A DNA stretch of 63,904 nucleotides from positions 31,563,257 to 31,627,160 of the forward strand of contig NC_057740.1 in assembly GCF_004010195.1 (NCBI RefSeq), written 5' to 3'. Below are positions 25,055 through 38,149 of this stretch, piece after piece. Below the pieces are notes generated by a model, which was not told the DNA's origin, ran no database searches, and saw only the letters and a list, made by a program, of their open reading frames with translations. Each line of letters opens with the position of its first letter. Positions within the stretch are counted from its first letter, which is position 1. A program made the position numbers and the translations under genes. The stretch comes from Chiloscyllium plagiosum (lineage: Eukaryota).

Positions 25055-25110
25055 CTTCTGTTCCCTAGATGCTGCCTGACCTGCTGTGCTGTTCCAGCAA
25101 TAAAGTTTCA
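25025..25110 (+). mobile_element. Family A mini-insertion (86 bp), young subtype with AATAAA
   Basis: Perfect 14-bp TSD CCTCTGCAAGTTCT at 25011-25024 / 25111-25124. Confidence 0.95.
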
Positions 25111-25654
25111 CCTCTGCAAGTTCTACCAACTTGAATAAATAAAGCACAAACTATGAGAACACAATTAGCTTCTTTAAGGCATGCAATGATTGCTAAGCCA
25201 TTGATATCATTGGCTCAAGAGCCTGCAAGTCCAGAGCCACAGCATTATAGGAGCACCAGTTGCAGATGCACTGTAGAAGTTCAAGGATAAAGTTCACCAT
25301 CAATCCACTCAGAGAAGCTAAGACAATCAAAGGCAACATTGGCAAATGGACCCCTCCTGAAAACAAAATTTTAAAGGCTGCTTATCAACTCTAGTTTTTC
25401 TTTTCCTCTTATTTTACATAGGACATTCCTCAAGATATTTGAAGAATCCTTTTCATTGCTACCACAGTGAAGGAGCAGAAAGTATTTGGGGCTAGGTGGT
25501 GCCATATACTATTCAAAAGAATAACAAATATCAGGCAGCAAGCTGCAAGCTCTAATTCAAGCTCATGGCTCTGTTAGTCTTCATCAACTGCTCAAGATTC
25601 TTCCTCGTGTTTCATTATGCTATTTGAATCGTTCAATTGAATTACAGCCTCACA

Positions 25655-25985
25655 TATAGAGTCATAGAGATGTATAGCACGGAAACAGAACCTTCGATCC
25701 AACTCGTCCCTAGTTACCCTTTTGTCCTTAACTATTTGTAAAAACCCTTTGGATTCTCCTTAATTCTACTTGCCAAAGCTATCTCATGTCCCCTTTTTGC
25801 CCTCCTGATTTCCCTCTTAAGTATACTCCTACTGCCTTTATACTTTCCTCAGGATTCACTCAATCTATTCTTTCTATACCTGACATATGCTTCCTTCTTT
25901 TTCTTAACCAAACCCTCAATTTCTTTAGTCATCCAGCATCCCCTATACCTACCAGCCTTTCCTTTCACCCTAACAGGAATATCCC
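25655..25985 (-). mobile_element. CR1 fragments (tail plus internal ORF2 piece)
   Basis: atagagtcatagagatgtatagcacggaaacag tail fused to a purine-biased CR1 ORF2 segment. Confidence 0.75.
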
Positions 25986-27469
25986 TGCCCATTATCTATT
26001 ATATTGTTTTCCATTACTGTTGGTGGCTGGTTTTATACATTTATTTTTTTCAGTGTTGAAGTAAATGAATATTAGAGCATAGAATCTGCCTGTTGTCTTC
26101 ATTATTCCTTATACTTCAATTGGTTAAGGCCACCAAGTGATGGAAGGGTGTGAGCTAGCTAATAATGCATAAAGCAATTTCTAGGAAGTGAAACAGGAGT
26201 AAGTATTCACCCTCCAAATTTTTTCTGCCACTCATTGGATCTGCTCTTACCCCTATCTACCTACCTTAGTTCCATAGCACTTCATACACCTCGTATCAAT
26301 CACAGTATTAACATTTTTAAATTGGTCTAGCCTCTTGCCAATTTGGTCAGTCAAGTCATTAAAGAACAAAAGACAGGTTAGTGTTTCAGATGGGACTATC
26401 CTTTTTTAATACTGCTACATATTTCCAGCAGGATACTACCCTGTTGATCAATTGCTTAACAACGGGGTTTCATTGATGTGGCCTCCATTTTGAAATGTTC
26501 TGATCCACTAGAACACTGAAAAATTAATATTTTAAAATGAACCACAATAAATTTTCAGAAACCTATTTAATCAGCACAGCTTTGGTTGGATTGTGTTTTT
26601 GTACATGAACTGCCTTGTTGCACAGCATCAGGTACAATTCCATATCCATCTTTGGCTGGTCCCAAGGGGCTCCCTTAATCAGCTCTAACCCTATGTCAAA
26701 GTAAATGCATCTGATAATTGGATCTCGAAAGAAAATGTTGTACAATAATGGAAGACCCACAGCACTTCTGAATTTATGCAGAAATAACACTGACAAGCAA
26801 AGGGAAATGAACTGCATCTGTCAAATGTAGGTCAAGTATTATAAAGTACAACAAACAAGGATGACATAGATATACTTCTGAATTAAAGAAGTTCTTGGGT
26901 GCAGATGATACGCTGGTGACTGTAAAAGATCTTCTGGTCTATTACCGTAGATACATTTCTGGAATTGAAAAAAAATTATATCTTTTCCTGCTTTTGTAAT
27001 GTAAACAGCATAGCCACAGCCCATTTACACTACAGAGGCATATGCAATTCGAGACTTATTTATCTAAATTGAATTCAGTAACTCTGAAGCACTAATCATT
27101 GGGAATTGGCAGCTGGGACTCAGTTGAATTGGTTGAGAGAGATGAAATTACAATTTAGCCATGGGAATGATGCAACAGGAGAGAGACCTCGCAATCTCAA
27201 TGGCAACCTCAGCTAATGATGGGGTTTTGATTTGATGTACGTGTGCCAGGATGATTTACACGGGTGGAGATCAAATCAGGCACTCACCCCCATCAGGCAC
27301 CCTCCCCATCATTCAGATTCAAATAGTTGCAGGTGTAGACCTCAAGAGCTCAGGTCTACTTGCTATGTAGCCTTTCCACAATGGCATGTCCTACGTGTGA
27401 TTGCAAATTATGCTGCAAGTTAAAGTTGTGCTTGGAACAGTTCACATCTTGTTAACTCACTTCATTGGA

Positions 27470-27770
27470 GCTTTCTCACTCTTGCACTGGATGTGGTCAT
27501 CACTGGCTAGCCAAGTATTGACTGTCCAACCACAAATGCTCTTGAGAAGGTGGTGGTGATCTGCCTTCTTCGACTGCTGTAGTGTAGGTACCCCCCAACC
27601 TCAACCCCAACAATAAAGTGATGGTTTCAGGACTTCAACCCAATGACAGGAACAGCGAGATAGTTCCAAATCTGGATGGTGAGTGACTTGAAGGGGAACT
27701 TGAGGGAAGTGGTGGTCCTTTACATCCACTACCCTTGTTCTTCTAGGTGGTAGGTTTTGGAACGCGTTAC
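27470..27770 (-). mobile_element. L2-type LINE 3' fragment
   Basis: ggatgtggtcatcactggctagcc...cttgagaaggtggtggtg...ggatggtgagtgacttgaaggggaac, homologous to 5800-6060. Confidence 0.7.
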
Positions 27771-28109
27771 CAAAAGATCAAATTGGCAAATTGGCTATTA
27801 CCAGCACACAGGGATTCAGTCCATCATACCTGTGCTGAGTTTATGATTCACTCTTACAACATCTTTCTTGACAATGTTTAAGAATACTGTTAGATGATGG
27901 ACATGAAAGGCCTGGAAATGTTTGGAACGAAAGAACTCAAGAGCAGATTGGCCTCCTTTTGCATCATAACAATTCTACGATATGTGACGATTAAGGCCAA
28001 AAGAGGAAATTAATCACAAACAAAGGAGTCAACTTAGTTCCATTGCTAGAGTCAACGCCACAGAACCAGAAAGTTGTTGGAAGCCTTTGTGAATATTTGA
28101 TCGCACAAT

Positions 28110-28340
28110 ATACATTGATCCTCAGTGTAGCATTAAAGGGGTCCTGCATTGTCAGAGATGTTATCCTGGCTTGTTCAAAGGATCTAGAATGTTTCATGAC
28201 ATCATACAAAGATGATGAACAAAGTTCACTAAGAAAACATAGCCAATATCATTGAAATCTGACTACTGACCATTCATCTATGGGTTGTTTGTGTGACCTT
28301 GTTGTGCATAATACTCTGTTTGCATTAAAACAGTCAAACA
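28110..28340 (+). mobile_element. DeuSINE-type SINE remnant
   Basis: gcattgtcagagatgtt...gccaatat...gtttgtgtgaccttgttgtgcataa, homologous to 11355-11580 and 39690-40100. Confidence 0.55.
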
Positions 28341-28999
28341 TCACAAAGGGGAGGCATTAATAAATACTTAGGGCCAACTGCCATAACATCTGGGTAAAAA
28401 TAAATGGTTTGCTTCCAGTTTTAGGTGTTAGGTTTTACGTCTTGGAGATAAGCAAAGATGACACAGCAAATCCTACGTCTCAACACAAGATTAAAACATT
28501 TACGACTACAAGTTTACAGCTTCCTACTTTAGCTGAATTTCTAATTTTTTTAATAGACCAACCTGAACTCATGGGGAAATAGCAAACAGTTAACGGGTGC
28601 AAACAATCAAACAACTGAACACAACTCATATGTGCTTCACAACGTATGATAGGAGGAACGGGGGTATAAACAAATCAATTTCTTTTCGTTTCTTGGGAAG
28701 CACTCAGATACAGTTGGCAAATGCTTGGTTACATACAGCAAAAATTGGAACATTCTGCTATGTGGAAACAAAGTGTGAAGATATTTTCTCTTCTAAGTAC
28801 TGACATAACCAACATTATTGTTCCTCCCAGCCCAAGATACAAAACAAAACGTTTATCTCTGGGATTCCTCTCTAGCTGGTCCACCAGCTGATTCTGAGCA
28901 TAGAATATGCAGCAACAACAAAAATCTGCATTTATATAGCATCTTTCTTGACCACCAGCTATCTCATGTGAAGTATTTTTGAAACATTGTTATGTTTTC

Positions 29000-29830
29000 A
29001 TTATTCGTTTGTGGGATATGGGCATCATTGGCAATGCCAACGATTGATGGTCCCCAACTGTATATGAACTGAATGGCTTGCTAGATCATTTCAGAGGGCA
29101 GTTAAGAGTTAGCCACAATTCTGTGTGTCTGGAGTTACATATAGGGCAAATCATAGAATCATCCAGCATGGAAACAAACCCTCCAGTTCTACCAGTTTCC
29201 CAGACTAAACTAATCCTTGTTGTTGCATTTGGTCCCTATCCCTCCAAACCTTTTCTACAACTTTGTTACAGCTTCAGATCTCCCAAGTAAAAAGACATAT
29301 GAATGGTAGCTTATTTCATTTTAAAATGGCTCAAGGTCAAAGTGCACAGACTTCCCATCCCCCACTTTCTTTACTATTGGTCAGCTAAGTTGTCCCTTTG
29401 TATTTAGATCCTTGGTACAGGCTAAACCTGTATGAAGTATTGCCTCACTCAGCAATAACCTATGCTCTGTATTCAAGTAAATATCTCCCCATTCATTTGC
29501 CAGGGCTGGGGGGGTGGGGTGGGGGAGCAGGGGGAAGGGAGCACAGTCAAGAGTCAACCACAGTGCTATGGATCTGGACTAAACTTTTTCTATTCAGTTA
29601 TATGTCCAATTGTCTTTTAAATGTTGTAACAGTATCTGGAAATCAGATTTGTTGTTTCTTTTACAAAATATGTCGATGGTCACCATTACTGAAACTAGTT
29701 TTATAATCCAGATTTACTAATTAAATTAAAACACCAGCAGCTGCCAGTTTTGGATCTGAACATGTGCCCAGAATGTTAGCTTGGTCCTCTGGCTTATTAG
29801 TTCAGTGGCATTACAATAATGCCTCCATGT
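29000..29830 (-). mobile_element. SINE containing a CR1 3' end (about 29150-29640), which itself contains an unknown insert
   Basis: SINE tail 29000-29148 and head 29640-29830. CR1 pieces at 29150-29257 and 29581-29640. Confidence 0.7.
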
Positions 29831-29844
29831 CCTCCTTGTTATTA

Positions 29845-30415
29845 ATTCAAGAGATATTGGCATCACTGGCTAGGCCAGCATCTATTGACCATGCCTAATT
29901 TCCCTTGGCAAGATGGTGGTGGGCTGCTGCATTTCTTGGGGATGAATGCACACTCACTGTGCTGTTAGGAAAGGAATTTCTGGATTTTGACCCTGTTACA
30001 GTGTAGGAGTAGCATGAGAGTTCCAAGTCAAGATGGTGTATGGCTTGGAGAAGAATCTGGAGGTGATGGTATTTCAATGCATCTTGTCACTGTAAGTGGT
30101 AGAGGTCACAGGTTTGGAGGGTTTGGGCAAGTTGTTGTAACTTATATAGTAGATGGTACACACTGATGCTCTTGTGTTGGTGAGGAAGGAAGTGAACGCT
30201 GAAGTTAGTGAATGGTTGAAATTCTGGAGTGTTGTTGCAGCTGCACCATCCAGACAAGTGAGGATTATTCCTTCATACTCCTGACTTGTGTCTTGTAGAT
30301 GGCAGTCAGGCACTGGGGAGATTAATTACTCCCTGCAGAATTCCTAGCATCTAACTTTCTCATGTAGCCATAGTATGGCTGATTCAATTGAGTTTCTGCT
30401 CAATAGTAACCATTT
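29845..30415 (-). mobile_element. L2-type LINE 3' fragment
   Basis: Reverse-complement homolog of 5505-6070 (ctcctgacttgtgtcttgtagatgg). Confidence 0.8.
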
Positions 30416-30589
30416 CCACTCCCCCACCCTCCTTCTCACATCCCCCTCCCCCCCCCCCTCCACCCCTTACTCACCCCAGCTGAGTGCCACAGATGACAAT
30501 GCCCAGGTTAAATTAAAACAGTGCCTATAGAAAGCTTATTCATACTCAATTTCCACAGCCCAGTGTGAACTAAAGCACTATCCTACTAA

Positions 30590-30812
30590 AGATAAAGTTG
30601 TCATAGTCCAACCAGACCATAGGAATGCTCTCCAATTAGAGTGAGATGACTGGTGGTAGTTTCGCCTGAAGGTCACCATGCCTTGTGTAGGGGGAGAGGT
30701 TGAAACAGAGAGCCCTCCAAAGTAACCTCAGGTGGTGCAGGAATTGGACATACAGTGTTGGCGTTACTCTGCATTGCAAATCAGCCATCCAGCAAACTGA
30801 GCTAACTGACTC
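30590..30812 (-). mobile_element. tRNA-derived SINE
   Basis: Reverse-complement head gtcagttagctcagtttgctggatggctga...gttcaattcc-like. Second copy at 24220-24630. Confidence 0.7.
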
Positions 30813-31044
30813 CCATCTATTCATTCCTTGATAATTTCAAAATTGTTGTTTTCCAGAATTCAGCTTATGCCTCGGCAGTAATTGGTGAATGGGAAGAACA
30901 GAACAGGGAGTGGGAAACCAGAGACCTGGTCATTCTAGGCTCTTATGCCAGTCAAGAGTGATATTACAGGAACACTCACAGTGATCATTGTTTCCTGATG
31001 TAACATTTAAACTGACAGTAAACACAAGAAATTCAGCCAACTCG

Positions 31045-31322
31045 CATCATGGCTCAGTGGTTAGCACTGCTGCCTCACAGTTTCAGGGTCCTGGGTTTGA
31101 TTTAGCCTCAGGGGGAGTTTGCATGTTCTCCCAATGTCTGTGCTGGTTTACTCTGGACGCTCCGAATACTCCCACAGTCCAAAGATGGGTAGCTTTGCCA
31201 TGGAAAATGCAAGGTTACAGGTATAGAGTAAGGGGTTTGGTGTGGATGGAATGCTCTTTCGAGGGTTAGTGTGGACTTGATGGGCTGAATGGTCTGCTTC
31301 CACACTGTAGGGATTCTATGAT
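31045..31322 (+). mobile_element. HE1-type V-SINE
   Basis: tggctcagtggttagcactgctgcctcacag head, ggagtttgcatgttctcccc V-domain and gggattctatgat tail. Confidence 0.9.
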
Positions 31323-32144
31323 ATCAATATCTAATCAATAAAATTGCAGTGAGCAAAGCTTTGCATTTGAATGCATGTTCTTGAGAATGAAAGTCAAGTT
31401 CCCTTTGAATTGTAATTGGTCATCGCTCCTTATTTCCATCCTGTCTCCTTATAGGTGTTTTCCGTTTCCCCTTGTTAGTGCTCACAAGATGTTTATCCCC
31501 TTGAGGGACACTGTAAGTATGCAACTGGTTGTTATGCATTTCATCGGATGAAAACATTGATCTGTGGTCCACAGCTACAGGAGAAAAATAAAAGTCATGG
31601 AAACAGTGTTTACTTTTGGAAGAGAAAAACCTCCAAAAGAGGAAAGTAGAAAGACCCCAGGAGATCTACCATTTATGGTTTCAGAATCGTCAGTCAGTTT
31701 TGTTCTGCTTTTAGCTTTCTTTATTGTTAATGGTAATGAGAGCTTTATGGTCAAAGACTCAGACTCAACTTTCCTTCAAGGAATCAGACAAGCTTTACAT
31801 CTCGTTAACGGCAATGAAGTCAATGCTCAATGACTTTTCTGTGAGTTTATGTAGTGGTCAATTGTTCCATAAAAATGCACAGACACTACAGAAGCTACTG
31901 AAAGTTGACCCATAAGCATCAGTGCAGATATTTTGTGATGGGTGCAATATTTTATAAGTACACCTGTTGCACGCTTAGAAGCTAGTGGTAATTCTAAAAT
32001 ACAATAGTTACATTTTTATAGATCTTTAAAGCAGTTAAACATCCCAACAATTTATGAGAGACTTATCAAACAAAATCTGGCACCTGCCTTATTATACAGA
32101 CAATGATAGCCTTTTTTGACTGCAAGCAGACTTACTCCACAACT

Positions 32145-32268
32145 AGGGGAAAGTGAGGACTGCAGATGCTGGAGAGTAGTCGAGAATGTGGTGCTGGAAA
32201 AGCGCAGCAGGTCAGGCAGCATCCGAGGAGCAGGAAAATTGATGTTTTGGGCAAAAGCCCTTCATCAG
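32145..32268 (-). mobile_element. Family A fragment
   Basis: Homology stops exactly at TCATCAG (rc CTGATGA, 32262-32268). GAAA is decayed to AAAA. Confidence 0.9.
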
Positions 32269-33689
32269 CCCCTCTATTCATGTGGCACCATAGTGGAAAC
32301 TCAAATAGCTAATCATTGAAGCTGAATAAAGGGGGGGGGGGGGACAAGATCATGTTCCAAATTTTTTAATAACTTAGTGAATGTATTCTTCATATATCAC
32401 ACCAATTCTTACAACTTGTTACAAGGTAATGATCATTTCACCCTTTAAATTTAAGAAACGCAGAAGAATTTCCACTTGTTGCAGAACCTTACAGGGAATT
32501 GACTCGTGATAATTTGGAATTCTAATCAAATTCATTAGCTGTGAGATCATTCTATCTAAAGAGTTCTATCTTCCAACTGGAAGCTGCATGAAGAATGTTA
32601 TTATCCTGTTTGCGCCATGAGATTATTGGGCAAATGAAAAATTAATCTTCATTCAGATATTGCAATATAAAGAAGCCTTTCCAATGAATTCTTCACACCC
32701 TGATTCTATTCCATACAGGGTCACTGGCAGCACGGAGAATGATAATTCTTGATTGAATTTAATTATAAATGCCTCACTGTTTGATTTAAAATGCAGTTAG
32801 CAAGGTGATAGGTGAGAGTGTGTGGGAGAAGAGGTTGATTTTATTTGAAGACATGTACATGTTTGTTTTAATGAAAATACTTAACTGGTCTTTTCAATTG
32901 TCTATATTGTTGCAGAATTTTATTTACTTTTATGTAATGAGGTAAAAACTTGTGTACGCACCGTCAGAAAAACCTTTAGCCAAGAGATGTAATAGATGCT
33001 CTAACATGCCATTGCTTTTCTGCACGTCTCCTCCTTTCAACCAGCATAATTCATTTTTGAAGTTGGTATTTCCTTCACTAGCAAGCTGTCTGTAGAACAT
33101 CTATAACTCCTCTACATAGTGCAGCTCAGACCTGAGGCCCAATATTGGGTGTGTCTCAGGTCGATACCTGAGTTGGTGCACATATTGTTCTCTCAACCTG
33201 CAGCTTTGTAGATAATTATCACTTCCTTAATTTTAATTTACCTCACTCAGTCAATCAGGCAACCAACCAAGGAACTAATCAATCTCACAAACTGGATAGA
33301 TACATGATTGTATTGGTGCTATTTGTTTGAGACCAGTAATTAGAGTGTTATGATAAGCATTAGGTCAACATTATCCTGAGGCAATGGAGCTCTTTGTTTG
33401 CATACACAGATCTATAAGTGGATCTCCAGTCTGCAGCATGAAAGTATTAATTAAATATTTAGTTTTATTTTAAAAAGTAGACATCAGTAATGTCAGTGAA
33501 TTGGTGATGTCCTGCCAACTAGGATTCCCTGCCTATAGTTGGGAGCAGTGTAATGCAGAGAAGTGAGATTTCATCTTCATGTGGGTCTTGGCTGGCTTTC
33601 CAAAATGTGAGCTGCTATTTGCTTAACTTATTTACTTTCCAGTTACCATATAATAATAACAACTAACATTAATAAAGCTCCTTTAATAC

Positions 33690-34000
33690 ATTGTCCGAAG
33701 ACACTTCAGCTTTGCTGAAAAGAGAGATGTTTTTCTGAAGCTTTTCAGTTTGCAGTCATCAGGACAATGGCAAGAATGCCAAATTTCCAACAATAACAAC
33801 AAATCATACTCCAGGAGAAAGAGATACCAATTGGATAGCAAGTCAACTCTGATTAGCCAATGCATTGCCATTAGAGAAAGCAACAGAGAACAATAAGATC
33901 CCGACATTTCTGCAAAATTGAAAAGGTGAAAGGCTTAAACATATTCCTGTTTTTTTTAATGCAAGGCTTGGCTGGTTTCAGTGTGATACTGGTACATAAG
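33690..34000 (-). mobile_element. PLE family C 3' end with decayed hammerhead
   Basis: Reverse complement has a KKQEYV*AFHLF-like GIY-YIG terminus, then TGTC-CTGATGA-CTGCAAACT-GAAA-AGCTTC (33737-33766). Stem II pairs poorly. Confidence 0.6.
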
Positions 34001-34324
34001 CCATATTTCCCAATGATTGGATGACTAAATCAAGCAGCATGTTTCTTTGGGATTTTTTTGCACTAAACGGACAACCATAGAAAATAAGTAATTAAAATGA
34101 TTTAAAATAGTAAAATAAAACAATGAAATAAGCACAGACTATATTTAACCAACCTACACTAACAAAACCCAAATCAAAACATCTACTATTAGATATGGCT
34201 CTGTAATTAGGTAGCAATTGTTTAACAATCCAGAGTGTGCTATTAACTACAATAATAAGCAATGTACTATAATTCATTGAGGGCATAACATGGTTCATTT
34301 ACATAAACTGGAAACAGGAGATTG

Positions 34325-34950
34325 TTGTAAAATGGTAATGTCAGGACATTAATAATCTAGTGGCCCAGCCTAATGCTTTGGATCTGTAAACCCGAATCCC
34401 ACCATGGCAGTGGATAGAATTTAAATTTAATATTTCTGGAATTGAAAGCTTTTCTCAGCTATGGTGGCCTTGAAATATCATCAATTCTCATAAAAAGACA
34501 TGTGGTTCCCTAATGTATTTTAGGGATGGAATTCTGCTTTCTCAATCTGGTCTGACCTATATATGACTCCAGACTCATAGCAATGTATTTGATTGTTACG
34601 TACCATCTGGAATGGCCTACCGAATCAAATATCATAGAGTCACAGAGTTGTACAGCACAGAAACAGATCTTTTGGTGCAATTTGTCCATGCCAACAAGAT
34701 ATCCTAAATTAATCTGACCCCATTTGCCAGCACTTGGCCCATATCCCTCTAAACCCTTCTTATTCATATACCTATCCAGATGCCTGTTAAATGTTGCAAT
34801 TGTACCAGCCTCTACCACTTCCTCTGGCAGCTCATTCCATACATGCACCACCCTCTGTGTGAAAAAGTTGCTCATTAGTCCCTAGAGCAATTATGGATGG
34901 ACGACATGTGTTGGCTTTGCTAGCCACACGCCCACCCCGTGAAAGATAAT
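34325..34950 (+). mobile_element. tRNA-headed SINE interrupted by a minus-strand CR1 3' end (about 34632-34872)
   Basis: Head tggtaatgtcaggacatt..., CR1 peptide NFFTQRVVHVWNELPEEVVEAG, and the SINE tail resuming at about 34885. Confidence 0.85.
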
Positions 34951-34964
34951 GAAATATTGATCTC

Positions 34965-35190
34965 CATTCATTTGCAGGCACATGTTCTCTGTAAATGAAA
35001 TAAGTTTGTCTAAGTCTTGAACCTTTCTTAGAAATATCCAAGTGCTTGGACAGCTAATGGTTCCCATTAATATTTCAGTGGTGCATCTCAGCCAATCAGA
35101 TTTGACTTACCAATCAATCAGCACCCTTTTCTCCATTTCTATGAACTATTGTGATCTTTTGTAATTTGTCATTCTTTGTCCTGATCAGCA
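34965..35190 (+). mobile_element. PLE family C 3' end
   Basis: HVLCK*NKFV*VLNLS* terminus. The cagccaatcaga...accaatc...tgtcctgatcag stretch is homologous to the reverse complement of 33760-33870. Confidence 0.6.
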
Positions 35191-35201
35191 TTCTGGAATG
35201 A

Positions 35202-35325
35202 CCTGAAGAAGGGCTTATGCCCGAAACGTCGATTCTCCTGCTCCTTGGATGCTGCCTGACCTGCTGCGCTTTTCCAGCAACACATTTTTCAGCTCTGATC
35301 TCCAGCATCTACAGTCCTCAGTTTA
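35202..35325 (+). mobile_element. Family A fragment with intact hammerhead core
   Basis: CTGAAGA(35203-35209)-A-GGGC TTAT GCCC-GAAA-C-GTC(35228-35230), then the family tail. Confidence 0.92.
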
Positions 35326-35484
35326 TCACATAAGTGGATATTAGGCAAATGACCAAAAGGAAAACACAAGTTGTTAGGAATGTTGTAAGAGAATATGAAG
35401 TTAGAGAAACAGAGAGTTTGGGGAGAGAATTCTAGACATTAATACTTGGCAGGTAAAGGTTTGACTGCCAATAGTAGCATAACA

Positions 35485-35840
35485 GAGTTATTTTTTATTT
35501 GTTCATTGGATATCAACATTATTAACTTGGCCAGTACTTTTTGTCCATCACTAATTGCCTTGGAACTGAATATCTCATGAGGCCTTTCAGAGGTCAGTTA
35601 AGAGTCAACCACATTCCTGTGGCCTGGAGTCACATCTCTCCCTAAAGGAAATTAGGGAACCAGATGGGTATTCACAACAATCAACAGATACACGTTTGCT
35701 ATTAAACTAACTACTTATTCCAGATTTTTATTGAAATCAAATTTCTGAATTTCAAACTATTTTCCATGGTGGGATTCAAGTCCAAATTGCAGAATGTTAG
35801 TCTCTGGATTGCTAGTCCTGTTACGTTACTACTATGCCAC
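35485..35840 (-). mobile_element. tRNA-headed SINE with L2-type tail
   Basis: Reverse-complement homolog of 48620-48946. Confidence 0.75.
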
Positions 35841-36039
35841 TACTTCCGATGGGTTGAACATCAAAACTGGAACAGTTCAGAGCCTTGGAAGGCTCCAAGG
35901 AGGCAGTAGGTAGAAGCAAAGGCCTGGCATTGGAAGGATTTGAATACAAGGATGAAAATCTCCTATGGAATTGACCAACCTTGAACAGCAAATTAATTGC
36001 CACATTACAATTGCAACGAATCAATATATCAGAAAAGTA

Positions 36040-36215
36040 TTACTGTTTCTTCAGTATGGCTAGATCAAAATCCTAAAACTCTACAGTACTGTATACCTAC
36101 CTACATCAAATGGATGGCTGATGTCCAAGAAAGCATTGCACCACCTTCTCAAGGGTAATAAGGGATGGACAATAAATATTGGCCCAGCCAGTGACATCCA
36201 GATCCCATGAATGAA
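36040..36215 (+). mobile_element. L2-type 3' tail
   Basis: caccaccttctcaagggtaataagggatggacaataaatattggcccagccagtgacatccagatcccatgaatgaat. Confidence 0.75.
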
Positions 36216-37179
36216 TAACTAAAATACAGCTGCACAAAGCTGCAAGTTGCCTTACCACAACAATTTTAATGGTGCTGTTTACCTGCTTTTGAAATGGGAT
36301 CATGCATATGTTAAAATAGTGCTGGGGTGTATTTATCAGGAGTCTTTTAAGTGTATTTGAAACTTCTTGGCATTTCGTTTTGGTAAAAGCACTTCCAATA
36401 TGTCTTTCCCATTTGGTAGATTCACGATGGGGTTGCCAGCTGTGGGACAGATTTTATAATTGCATTATCAGCCGTGCAGAGTCTTAGCACTTATTGAGTG
36501 TCAGAATTCAGGCCCTCATTTTGACCAACTCAGACAAGACTCCAAGCACGATTATGGTCTCAATAGCTTATTTTATAGAGGGACCTGCTGCCAACATATG
36601 ACTTTCTAATCTTGCCACAAGAGATTGTGATGACTTCCAGGAAAACCACAATGAAAAGGTACATTTTCTATTTAACTCTATTCGTAGGTTCTATAGAACA
36701 TGATAATCCCTTTTTATTGGAAGAGGCTCACTTTGTGAAGTATAAAGAGAACATTGTGTCATCTCCTGTTTCATTTCAAGCATACGCAATGTTTTCTGAT
36801 CGACAAGCTGCTATCTCATTTCATCAGAGTTCATACAGTTCATGCTGCAACATTTGTGACCGATTCTTAAGCATTGTTTTGCGAGAGGACATTCACATCC
36901 TACAATCAAGCTCAATTTGTCCCATTTAATTCACCCTCCCCCAGTCTGTTCTTACACCAGTGCACTGTTTGGTACAGGCTAGATGAGACTTCATCAGAGA
37001 AGCCACCCATGCAGGGGATTAGGCAAATTGAATGTCAATTCATTTGGGTCATCATCCTCCTATATCAATGCACCTACAGCTGGGGTCATGGGATAGAAGG
37101 AGCATGACTCCGTTTTCACCTAGAAGAACAATTGAGGTAGATGGGAATATGAAATATCAAACACAAATGGATCAGCCAT

Positions 37180-37278
37180 GAAACAAAAGCAGAAATTGCA
37201 GAAGAAACTCAGCAGCTCTGGCAGTATCTGAGGAGGGAAAACAAAGTCAATGTTTCAGGTCCAGTGACCCCTCTTCAT
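37180..37278 (-). mobile_element. Family B pLTR fragment, decayed hammerhead
   Basis: Homologous to 11605-11710. Reverse complement reads TGAAGAGGGGTCACTGGACCTGAAACATTGACT. Confidence 0.75.
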
Positions 37279-37895
37279 TGAATTTCAAAACTGGCATGAA
37301 AAATGGTCTACTTCTGCTCCTACTTCATATATATTTATGTCTGAATAGCCTGTTGTATTTGTTCCTGCTGAGAACAACTAGGCTTGAACATAAAGCCAGT
37401 GTTGTAGGCTGGAATGACCTTGAAAATTGTCTCACATTAACACATTACCCTCTTTTTGAAGTAATGACCAACAAAGTAAGCAAGTGCCCAACACTTTGTG
37501 TCCCGGTCCATTGTCAGCCTGAGGGCTGAGCTAGCTTTGGCTTCCAAGACCTTTGTTGAAGTCATTGTCCTTGCCTAGTCCCACTTGATCCTCCATAGCC
37601 CTGCGAGTTTACTTCCTTCAAGTGACTGTCCAATATCCTTTTAAAATCATTGATTGTTTCAATATCCATCCTCGTCAGCACAGAGATCCAATTTATTATC
37701 ACACGCAACAATGGAAGTTTCTTCCTCATTTTCCTCCCTCCAATTTTTACCCCAAATTTAAAATCTGTCCTTCTTTCATCAATTAATGGGAAAAGTTTTT
37801 CCCTGCCTACCTTACCTAATTGTATAATAATTTTGTAGTTGAAACTTTATTGCTGGAACAGCACAGCAGGTCAGGCAGCATCCAGGGAACAGGAG

Positions 37896-37931
37896 ATTCG
37901 ACGTTTCGGGCACAGGCCCTTCTTCAGGAAT
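37896..37931 (-). ncRNA. Minimal type-I hammerhead ribozyme, mirror copy
   Basis: Exact reverse complement of 38114-38149. Confidence 0.8.
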
Positions 37932-38113
37932 GAGCAGAGAGTGTTCAGCAGGAGAAGATAAAAGGTAGGGAGGAGGGACTTGGAGGAGGGGCGTTGGAAA
38001 TGTGATAGGTGCAAAGAGGTCTTGACCTCTTTCCACCTATCACATTTCCAACGCCCCTCCTCCAAGTCCCTCCTCCCTACCTTTTATCTTCTCCTGCTGA
38101 ACACTCTCTGCTC

Positions 38114-38149
38114 ATTCCTGAAGAAGGGCCTGTGCCCGAAACGTCGAAT
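38114..38149 (+). ncRNA. Minimal type-I hammerhead ribozyme, fully intact
   Basis: ATTC-CTGAAGA-A-GGGC CTGT GCCC-GAAA-C-GTC|GAAT. Stem I is ATTC/GAAT, stem III is palindromic ACGT, predicted cleavage after 38145. Confidence 0.8.

Noticed and set aside
26563-27024. Minus-strand ORFs after a good splice acceptor as coding exons
   Set aside because: No recognisable protein and no convincing donor or frame continuity.
30418-30480. C-rich tract, also the G-run at 32331-32343 and the G-rich region at 61640-62060, as functional G-quadruplexes
   Set aside because: Low-complexity sequence with no supporting context.
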